Translations under genes and position numbers: made by a program | Shown here: positions 56,926-64,000 of the stretch, in pieces | Position numbering within the stretch: the stretch's first letter is position 1 | Layout of the letters: each line of letters opens with the position of its first letter | Notes under the pieces: generated by a model | Told to the model about the DNA's origin: nothing | Databases searched by the model: none | The model's input: only the letters and a program-made list of their open reading frames with translations | Assembly (NCBI GenBank): GCA_020148025.1 | Contig: JAHCRH010000001.1 | Span: 12,652-76,651, forward strand | Origin: Patescibacteria group bacterium | Lineage (GTDB): Bacteria; Patescibacteriota; Minisyncoccia; Minisyncoccales; JAHCRE01 | Direction: 5' to 3' | Length of the DNA: 64,000 nt

Positions 56926-58707
56926 ATGATTTCTAAAGACTTGCGAAAAAATTTTTTAGATTTTTTTGAAAAAAGAGGACACAAAATTGTGGCCTCCGGT
57001 TCGCTTTTACCGTCTGACCCTACTGTTTTGTTTACTACCGCTGGCATGCAGCAGTTTACTTTATATTTGGCAGGGGGAAGAGATCCTATCGAGAGGTTTG
57101 GAACAAGACACTTGGCTTCTTGTCAGAAATGTTTTAGGACCGATGACATAGATAAAGTAGGTGACGATATCCATCACACCTTTTTTGAAATGTTGGGAAA
57201 TTGGTCAATTGGTCAAGACCAAGAAAAAGGTTATTTTAAAAAAAGAATGATTAAATACGCCTTAGAATTTTTGGTTGGTGTTTTAAATATAGATAAAAAT
57301 AGAATTTGGGTAACTATTTTTAAAGGAGAAAAAAACATACCAAAAGATGAAAGGTCAAAAAAAATTTGGCAGGAAAACGGAGTTTTGAGAGAAAGAATAG
57401 GAGAATTTGGTATAGAGGAAAATTTCTGGGGACCGGTTGGGAAAACAGGTCCCTGCGGTCCTACTTCAGAAGTTTTTTATGATAGGGGAAAAGAATTTGG
57501 TTGCAAAAATCCTGACTGTGGTCCAAATTGCCATCATTGTCAACGTTTTGTAGAAATTTGGAATTTGGTTTTTATGGAATATATCAAAGATGAAGATGGA
57601 AATTGTCGACTTTTGTCTCAAAAGAACATAGATACTGGAATTGGATTTGAAAGATTGGTCGCCATTTTACAAAAAAAACCCTCAGCTTATGAAACTGATC
57701 TTTTCTTGCCAATCATTCAAGAATTGGGAAAAATTTCCTTTAAAAAATACGAAGAAGAAAAAAGAAACTTCAGAATTTTAGCCGATCATATTAGAGGAAC
57801 AGTTTTTTTGATTGCAGAAGGAATTTTCCCTTCAAATGTGGAGAGGGGATATGTTTTGCGAAGAATTTTAAGAAGAGCAATCAGATTCGGAAGGTTATTA
57901 AATCTACCTAAAAACTTTCTAATTCCCTTGGCTCAAAAAGTTATTGAAATTTACGAAGACACTTACCCTGAAGTGAAATCTAAAGAGACAGATATTTTAA
58001 CAATTTTACAAAATGAAGAAGAGAAATTTGAAAAAACCTTAGAAAAAGGTTTAAAACAATTTGAAAAGATTTCAGCTAAAGGAGATATCTCAGGAATTGA
58101 TGCCTTTCATCTCTTTGATACCTATGGGTTTCCTTTAGAATTGACTCAAGAATTAGCAAAAGAAAGAAAATTGGAAATTGATATTGAAGGATTTAAAGAA
58201 GCCTTTGAAGAACATCGGGAAATTTCTCGGGCAGGAGCAGAGAAAAAATTTGGAGGTGTAGGAAAGGAGGCAAGTTTCGAAGCTACTAAACTTCATACCG
58301 CAACTCATTTACTCCACACTGCCTTAAAAAAAATTTTAGGTCCCCATATTAGACAAATGGGTTCAGATATTACCTCCAAAAGACTTCGGTTTGATTTTTC
58401 CCATCCCCAAAAAATGACAGCTGAAGAGATTAAAAAAATTGAAGACTTGGTTAATCAAAAGATAAAAGAAGATTTAGTAGTTAAAAAAGAGGAGATGCGA
58501 TATGAAGAGGCGATAAAATCAGGCGCTTTAGCTTTTTTTAAGGAAAAGTACCCTGAAATTGTTAAAGTTTATTCAATTGGTAACTTTTCAAAAGAAATTT
58601 GTGCTGGCCCTCATATCAATAGAACTTCAGAACTTGGTAAATTTAAAATCGTTAAAGAAGAGTCATCTGGTGCGGGAATCAGAAGAATAAAAGCTATTTT
58701 AGAATAA
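56926..58707 (+). CDS. alaS: alanine--tRNA ligase, short form (catalytic plus editing domains, no C-Ala domain)
   Basis: 'FTTAGMQQF', editing 'HTATHLLH'. Confidence 0.85.
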   Translation: MISKDLRKNFLDFFEKRGHKIVASGSLLPSDPTVLFTTAGMQQFTLYLAGGRDPIERFGTRHLASCQKCFRTDDIDKVGDDIHHTFFEMLGNWSIGQDQEKGYFKKRMIKYALEFLVGVLNIDKNRIWVTIFKGEKNIPKDERSKKIWQENGVLRERIGEFGIEENFWGPVGKTGPCGPTSEVFYDRGKEFGCKNPDCGPNCHHCQRFVEIWNLVFMEYIKDEDGNCRLLSQKNIDTGIGFERLVAILQKKPSAYETDLFLPIIQELGKISFKKYEEEKRNFRILADHIRGTVFLIAEGIFPSNVERGYVLRRILRRAIRFGRLLNLPKNFLIPLAQKVIEIYEDTYPEVKSKETDILTILQNEEEKFEKTLEKGLKQFEKISAKGDISGIDAFHLFDTYGFPLELTQELAKERKLEIDIEGFKEAFEEHREISRAGAEKKFGGVGKEASFEATKLHTATHLLHTALKKILGPHIRQMGSDITSKRLRFDFSHPQKMTAEEIKKIEDLVNQKIKEDLVVKKEEMRYEEAIKSGALAFFKEKYPEIVKVYSIGNFSKEICAGPHINRTSELGKFKIVKEESSGAGIRRIKAILE

Positions 58708-58736
58708 AATTTCTATTTTGTGATATAATTAAAAGG

Positions 58737-59933
58737 ATGAAAGTCAAATTTCCTTTTTCGAAAGAAATCAAGCCGGAATATTTTTTAGCCTTAGATGTCG
58801 GGACCGAAGCAGTAAAGGCTTTAATTTTTTCTTCCCCTGCTCGCTCTGGCAAAAGCAGAAAAGAGGAAGGTGAAAAAATCATTGTCCGTGGGGCTTCTAC
58901 TCAATATTTCGAGCAATTTGGAGTTTTCAATACTAAGGGTCTTGGAGAAGAAATTCTCAAAAAAGCAATTTCAAAAGTAATTGAAGAAGTTCAGAAGAAG
59001 GCTCAGATAAAGACAGATGCTCTTTTTCTTGGTTTACCAGCTAATATTTTGAGAGGAAGAGTGGTGTCTCAAAATTTTAGAAGGAAAAATCAAAAAGAAA
59101 TTATTAGCGAGATCGAAAAGAGTCAAATTTATAAAGAGGTTTCAAATTCGGTTAAAGAAAAACTCTCTCAAGAATTCGCTCGAGAAGTAGGCCTCTTACC
59201 CAGAGATTTCTATTTTTCTAATCTAAAAATTCTGGAAATAAAGATTGATGGTTATGAAGTTTCTTCAATTCAGAGATTGAGCGGTAAAAATCTTGATTTT
59301 AAAGTTTTAGCTGTTTTTTTGTCAAGATATTATTTGGAGAAGGTCAAGAAGATTTGCCAAGATTTAGATTTAAAAATTTCTAAAATAATCCATCAGGCTG
59401 AAAATCTGCCCCTTTTTTTTCAAGACAAGAAGATAAATGCTATTTTCCTTGATATTGGCGGAGAATTAACAAAAATTTTTTTGGTGGAAAAGGGAAAACT
59501 AAAGAAAACCTCTGAATTTAAAAAGGGAGGGGTCGATTTTACTCGGAAGCTTTCCCAGATTTTAGGATTAAGTTTCCAAGAGGCAAGAGTTTTAAAACAC
59601 AATTATTCCCAGTTACTTTTGTCAGGAAAAACAAGAAAAAAGGTTAAAGAGATTTTTTCTGCTAATCTTCAAGATTGGTTTAAAAATTTAGAAGAAACTT
59701 TAAAGAAATTCTCCAAGAAATTATTTCCCTCTAATATTTTTCTTTTTGGTGGGGGAAGTCTCTTGCCAGAAATTCCAGAAATTTTAGAAAAAGGTGATTG
59801 GGCTGACTTTCCTTTTGTTTTCAAACCAAAGGTGAGACTTATCTATCCTAACGAGTTAAAGAATATTGAAGATAAAACTCAGGGTCTTAACAGTCCTCAA
59901 GAAATTTCCCTTCTTTTAATTTCTTATGAATAG
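58737..59933 (+). CDS. actin-fold ATPase, PilM-like / FtsA-like
   Basis: 'YFLALDVGTEAVKALIF', 'IFLFGGGSLLPEI'. Confidence 0.5.
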   Translation: MKVKFPFSKEIKPEYFLALDVGTEAVKALIFSSPARSGKSRKEEGEKIIVRGASTQYFEQFGVFNTKGLGEEILKKAISKVIEEVQKKAQIKTDALFLGLPANILRGRVVSQNFRRKNQKEIISEIEKSQIYKEVSNSVKEKLSQEFAREVGLLPRDFYFSNLKILEIKIDGYEVSSIQRLSGKNLDFKVLAVFLSRYYLEKVKKICQDLDLKISKIIHQAENLPLFFQDKKINAIFLDIGGELTKIFLVEKGKLKKTSEFKKGGVDFTRKLSQILGLSFQEARVLKHNYSQLLLSGKTRKKVKEIFSANLQDWFKNLEETLKKFSKKLFPSNIFLFGGGSLLPEIPEILEKGDWADFPFVFKPKVRLIYPNELKNIEDKTQGLNSPQEISLLLISYE

Positions 59934-61125
59934 AAAAATTTTTTTTGATATTTTGCCACCCAAAAAATTTGTCCAAAAGAAGATTAAAGAACAGAGAGTA
60001 TCTCGTTTTGGAGTATTTAAAAAAGGTTTGATTTTCGCTTGTTTATCTTTGATTTTACTGGGAATTATCGGCTATTTTGCTTTAGCTAAAGTAGAAATTG
60101 AGATTTGGCCGGAAACTGAGATTTTAAATTTTAATAAAGAGATTACCGCTAGCACTAAGACTTTTCAAGTAAATTTCTTGGAAGGGAGCATACCTGCAAG
60201 AATTTTTGAAATTGAAGAAAGTGCTTCCCAGGAATTTCCCTCTTCTGGCAAAATTGAAAAGAAAGCTGAGGGTACGATTCGAGTTTATAATAATTATCAT
60301 CTCTTAGTAGCTCTAAGGTCAGGAACTCGATTTCAGCCTCCTTTTGAGAAGGTGCTCTATTTTTGTTCACCTCAAAAAATAGTTATTCCGGCTAAAAGTT
60401 ATCTTGATATTAAGATAATTGCCTGTCGTCCTGGTGAAGGTGAAAAATATAATATTGGACCTTCTAAATTTTCTGTTCCCGGACTCAGTGGTACCGATTT
60501 GTTCTTTTATATTCATGGAGAGTCTTTTGAACCAATGACAGGAGGTGGAACAATCTCTCAAGTCACCGAAGATGATTTAGAAAGGGCAAAAAACATTTTA
60601 ACTGAAACGGCATTTACTCGAATAAATGAATCTTTAAAGAGCAAAATTCCAACTGACTTCATCCCGTTGGAGGAAGCAATAAAAGGAGAGATCTTAGAAA
60701 CTTTTCCAGAGGTTGAGCTAGGCGCTGAAGTTCAATCCTTTGAAGTTAAAGTAAAAGTAAAATCTAAAACCCTGGTTTTTAAAAAATCTGATCTCGAGAA
60801 TTTTGCTAAAGAATTTATTTCAGCCCAAATTCCAAAAGATAAGAAACTTCAGACCGAAAGTCTAAAAATTGACTTCCAAGCAGAATCAACCGACCTTGAA
60901 TCAGAAAAAACTGTTTTAAATTTAAAGTTCTCAGCCAAAATTTACTTGGATATTGACTCCTCTTTTCTTAGAGAGAACTTAAAAGGGAAGTCTTTGGAGG
61001 AGACTAAAATTATTTTAGAAAATCAAGCAGACATTATTAAAGCTCAAATAAGTGCTTGGCCATTTTGGGTAAGAAAAATTCCTCAGGATATTGAAAAAAT
61101 CGAATTGAAAATAAATTTGGATTAA
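59926..61125 (+). CDS. hypothetical membrane-anchored protein (possible pilus assembly partner)
   Basis: N-terminal TM 'LIFACLSLILLGIIGYFALA'. Confidence 0.45.
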   Translation: MNRKIFFDILPPKKFVQKKIKEQRVSRFGVFKKGLIFACLSLILLGIIGYFALAKVEIEIWPETEILNFNKEITASTKTFQVNFLEGSIPARIFEIEESASQEFPSSGKIEKKAEGTIRVYNNYHLLVALRSGTRFQPPFEKVLYFCSPQKIVIPAKSYLDIKIIACRPGEGEKYNIGPSKFSVPGLSGTDLFFYIHGESFEPMTGGGTISQVTEDDLERAKNILTETAFTRINESLKSKIPTDFIPLEEAIKGEILETFPEVELGAEVQSFEVKVKVKSKTLVFKKSDLENFAKEFISAQIPKDKKLQTESLKIDFQAESTDLESEKTVLNLKFSAKIYLDIDSSFLRENLKGKSLEETKIILENQADIIKAQISAWPFWVRKIPQDIEKIELKINLD

Positions 61126-61218
61126 AGCGAGCAAGACGCGCTCCGCAATGGCAGAAGAGATAATTCTTGTTTGATGGGATAAATAAATATTTTTTAGAAC
61201 TTTAATCCAAATTTCAGA

Positions 61219-61450
61219 AAGGGGTCGGGAAAACTAGGTGTTTTCCCGTATAGGAAGACAGGGAGGAGCGAAGCGACGACCGCCAGAAACCGAGAGGTGT
61301 CTGGGGAGCGGAGCGAAGGTCGCCAAGGGCGACCGCTCGAGCGAAGCGCGAGGGAGGAGAGCGACAATATTGATGCTTCGACAGAGGCTCAGCATTAACC
61401 CTGAGGACATTCGGCTGAGCTCAGTCGAAGCCCTTGTCGAATGGGTTGAC
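61219..61450 (+). repeat. composite GC-rich element: family A copy (61219-61374) followed by a family B copy (61372-61450)
   Basis: 'ggggtcgggaaaactaggtgttttcccgtataggaagacagggagg...' then 'gctcagcattaaccctgagg...gtcgaatgggttgac'. Confidence 0.65.
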
Positions 61451-61487
61451 TAAATTATAAATTTTTGCTATCTTAAACAATTACAAG

Positions 61488-61709
61488 ATGAATCCCCAGA
61501 AAAAAATTTTGCGAGAAAAAGGTAAAGTAATAGAGGCTTTACCTAGTACCCATTTTCGTGTCGTCTTAGATGATGGGAAAGAAATAATTGCCCATCTGGC
61601 CGGTAAATTGAGGATTTACCGAATTAAAGTTTTACCGGGAGATCGAGTAACGGTGGAGATTAGTCCTTATGATAAAAAAAGGGGGAGAATTGTTTACAGA
61701 GGAAAATAA
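61488..61709 (+). CDS. infA: translation initiation factor IF-1
   Basis: S1-like 'KGKVIEALPSTHFRVVLDDGKEIIAHLAGKLR'. Confidence 0.95.
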   Translation: MNPQKKILREKGKVIEALPSTHFRVVLDDGKEIIAHLAGKLRIYRIKVLPGDRVTVEISPYDKKRGRIVYRGK

Positions 61710-61712
61710 AGC

Positions 61713-61826
61713 ATGAAGGTTAGATCATCAGTTAAAAAAATTTGTAAATACTGTAAAATAGTCCGAAGAAAAGGGCGAATTTATGTTATTTGTAAAAACC
61801 CTAAACATAAGCAAAGACAAGGATAA
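61713..61826 (+). CDS. rpmJ: ribosomal protein L36
   Basis: '[37 protein letters not shown]', 37 aa. Confidence 0.9.
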   Translation: MKVRSSVKKICKYCKIVRRKGRIYVICKNPKHKQRQG

Positions 61827-61831
61827 AAAAT

Positions 61832-62221
61832 ATGCCACGTATTGCCGGAGTTAATATCCCGGAACAAAAACAAATAGAGATTGCTCTAACCTATATTTAT
61901 GGAATAGGTCTTTCTTTGAGTAAGAGGATTTTAGCTGAAGTTGGAATTGAAGGTCGGCGCCGGGCTAAAGATTTGACGCCCGAAGAGATTTCTCGACTTA
62001 AAGGAAATATCGAAAAAAAATATAAAATTGAGGGAGGACTTAAAAGAGAGATAATGATGAATGTTAAAAGATTAAAGGATATAGGAACCTTTCGAGGGAT
62101 TCGTCATATTAAGGGATTACCAGTAAGGGGTCAAAGAACCCGGACTAATACCCGGACGGTCAGAGGAAATGTAAGAAAAACGGTAGGTTCGGGAAGAAAA
62201 CCACCGCCCGCCCCCAAGTAA
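61832..62221 (+). CDS. rpsM: ribosomal protein S13
   Basis: '[10 protein letters not shown]'. Confidence 0.95.
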   Translation: MPRIAGVNIPEQKQIEIALTYIYGIGLSLSKRILAEVGIEGRRRAKDLTPEEISRLKGNIEKKYKIEGGLKREIMMNVKRLKDIGTFRGIRHIKGLPVRGQRTRTNTRTVRGNVRKTVGSGRKPPPAPK

Positions 62222-62324
62222 AAATCATTTTAACATACTAACATACTAACATCCTAACATCTTAACATATCAAAATACTTTTTTTTGTTTAAATGTTAAA
62301 ATGTTTAAATGTTAAGATGAGATT

Positions 62325-62777
62325 ATGGGTAAAAAAAGAATTATCAAAAAAACTGAAGAAGAGCTTCTAAAAGAAAGAGCAAGAGTCGAGGCGGCTTTAA
62401 AAAAAGAAATTAAAGTTCAGGCTCCTCAAAAAATCAAGGAGGGAAAGGTTTATATTTTTTCTTCTTATAATAATACAATAATGACTTTAACTGGTCCTCA
62501 AGGAAATACTCTTACCTGGGCCAGCGCTGGTAATGTTGGATTTAAGGGAACAAAGAAAGGTACTCCTTTTGCGGCCTCTAAAGTGGCTGAGGTTTTAGTT
62601 CAGCGAGCCAAAAAATTAGGAATAGATAAGGTCGAAATTTTAGTAAAGGGTATAGGTTCTGGTCGAGAATCAGCCATAAGGTCTTTGGCTAATCGGGGTT
62701 TAGATATTATTTCAATTCAGGATGTTACCCCCATTCCTCATAATGGATGTCGACCGCCAAAAGTAAGAAGAGTATAA
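62325..62777 (+). CDS. rpsK: ribosomal protein S11
   Basis: S11 core, C-terminal 'HNGCRPPK'. Confidence 0.95.
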   Translation: MGKKRIIKKTEEELLKERARVEAALKKEIKVQAPQKIKEGKVYIFSSYNNTIMTLTGPQGNTLTWASAGNVGFKGTKKGTPFAASKVAEVLVQRAKKLGIDKVEILVKGIGSGRESAIRSLANRGLDIISIQDVTPIPHNGCRPPKVRRV

Positions 62778-62778
62778 T

Positions 62779-63408
62779 ATGCAAAATAAAAAATGCAGAA
62801 TCTGTCGAAGATTGGGTGCAAAACTTTTTTTAAAAGGGGAAAAATGTTTGTCTCCAAAATGTCCAATGGTAAAAAGGCCTTATCCGCCGGGACAGAAAAG
62901 AAAAAGAAGATTAAGGACTCTTTCTGAATATGGGAAGGAATTGAGAGAAAAACAAAAATTAAAAAATTGGTATAATTTGGAGGAGCGTCAATTTAAGAGA
63001 TATGTAGAGCAAGCTTTGGAATCTCGAGGAAAAGCGGAAGATAATGTAACATTTCTGATTAAGAAATTAGAAAGTCGTTTAGATAATGTAATTTTTCGAT
63101 TGGGATTCGCTTCCTCTCGGGCTCAAGCCCGCCAATTAGTTAATCACGGCCATTTTTCAATTGATGGAAAAGCAGTTGATATCCCCAGCTATCAACTAAA
63201 GAAAGGAAATAAAATTACCCTTCACCCAACTTCTCGAGAAAAAAATATTTTCCAAAATCTTCAAACCAAATTAAAAAAATATCAACCTCCTTCTTGGCTT
63301 TCCCTGGACATCAAAACCTTGACAGGGGAAGTTATCGCTTCCCCTTCCTTAGAAGAGGTTGCTCCCCCAGCTGAAATTCCAATCATTTTTGAATTTTATT
63401 CACGATAA
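62779..63408 (+). CDS. rpsD: ribosomal protein S4
   Basis: zinc knuckle 'CRICRRLG...CLSPKC'; S4 domain. Confidence 0.95.
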   Translation: MQNKKCRICRRLGAKLFLKGEKCLSPKCPMVKRPYPPGQKRKRRLRTLSEYGKELREKQKLKNWYNLEERQFKRYVEQALESRGKAEDNVTFLIKKLESRLDNVIFRLGFASSRAQARQLVNHGHFSIDGKAVDIPSYQLKKGNKITLHPTSREKNIFQNLQTKLKKYQPPSWLSLDIKTLTGEVIASPSLEEVAPPAEIPIIFEFYSR

Positions 63409-63422
63409 CAATCAATAAACTT

Positions 63423-64000
63423 ATGATTCCTCTTCCTCTTCCACCTAAAATTATTGAAAAAAAAGGAAATCGAGCTTCCTTTAAGATTGAAGCTTTATAT
63501 CCCGGTTATGGAGTAACTATTGGTAATTCTCTCCGGAGAGTTTTACTTTCTTCTTTATCAGGAGCGGCAGTTACTCAAGTGAAAATTAAAGGCGCTCAAC
63601 ATGAATTTTCAACTATTTCAGGAGCGAGGGAAGATGTAATTTCAATTCTTCTAAACTTGAAGCAATTAAGATTTAAGATTTATACCGATGAATCCCAAAA
63701 GGCAACTCTCAAAATTAAAGGCGAAAAAGAAGTTAAGGGAGCCGATTTCAAATTACCTTCCCAGGTTGAATTGGTAAACAAAAATGTCCCTATTGCTACT
63801 TTAACTAATAAAAATGCTGAGCTTGAAATGGAAATCCAAATTGAAAAAGGAATAGGTTACCTTCCAGTCGAAAGAAGAAAAAAGGGAAAATTGGAAATAG
63901 GGGTAATTGCCTTAGATGCCATTTTTACTCCGGTAAGAAGGGTAGCCTGTCGGGTGGAAAATATGAGAGTGGGGGAGAGGACTGATTTTGACCGATTAAT
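63423..64000 (+). CDS. rpoA: DNA-directed RNA polymerase alpha subunit (N-terminal part; runs off the window end)
   Basis: 'GVTIGNSLRRVLLSSLSGAAVT'. Confidence 0.9.
   Translation, partial: MIPLPLPPKIIEKKGNRASFKIEALYPGYGVTIGNSLRRVLLSSLSGAAVTQVKIKGAQHEFSTISGAREDVISILLNLKQLRFKIYTDESQKATLKIKGEKEVKGADFKLPSQVELVNKNVPIATLTNKNAELEMEIQIEKGIGYLPVERRKKGKLEIGVIALDAIFTPVRRVACRVENMRVGERTDFDRL

Overview
Low-GC (about one-third GC), gene-dense, almost entirely plus-strand window with the look of a Candidate Phyla Radiation / Patescibacteria-type genome. Hallmarks are many short genes, ribosomal proteins with basic tail extensions, no L30 gene between S5 and L15, TGA and TAA both used as ordinary stops, and aminoacyl-tRNA synthetases scattered through the window.

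Layout: (1) 1-3.4 kb holds a surface-repeat protein and glyQS. (2) 3.4-6.9 kb is an accessory-looking island of small ORFs, a zinc-ribbon gene, a promoter-driven ncRNA candidate, a bPH-domain membrane protein and a HAD phosphatase, punctuated by recurring about 30-nt motifs (R1/R2/R3) and a tRNA 3' fragment. (3) 6.9-23 kb is housekeeping: M16 peptidase, AI-2E transporter, a truncated rsmI remnant, metG, tatD, HDAC-family deacetylase, leuS, NUDIX, glmS, 2-oxoacid:ferredoxin oxidoreductase alpha/beta, GlmU-like nucleotidyltransferase. (4) 23-37 kb holds a BadF-type sugar kinase, tRNA-Leu(CAA), topA, a dprA with an in-frame TAA, mfd, a promoter-driven structured RNA/leader, pth, lepB, hisS, hinT, yqeY, ybeY and ftsA. 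(5) 37-64 kb is tuf plus the S10-spc-alpha ribosomal superoperon (rpsJ to rplO, secY, adk, map, then infA, rpmJ, rpsM, rpsK, rpsD, rpoA partial). This superoperon is interrupted between map and infA by a roughly 9.5 kb block: GT2 glycosyltransferase, galT, two type IV pilin-like genes (one with a LamG-type lectin domain), tpiA, a YkuK/DUF458 gene, alaS, a PilM-like ATPase and a membrane protein.

Most distinctive: a population of GC-rich palindromic repeat elements, at least four families and more than 12 copies, sits in intergenic spacers and also inserted in-frame inside protein-coding genes. Targets include ykuK, rplF, the HDAC gene, yqeY, the GT2 gene, pth, tpiA and the rplN start. This is analogous to Rickettsia palindromic elements. 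No CRISPR array, rRNA gene or transposase is present in this window.
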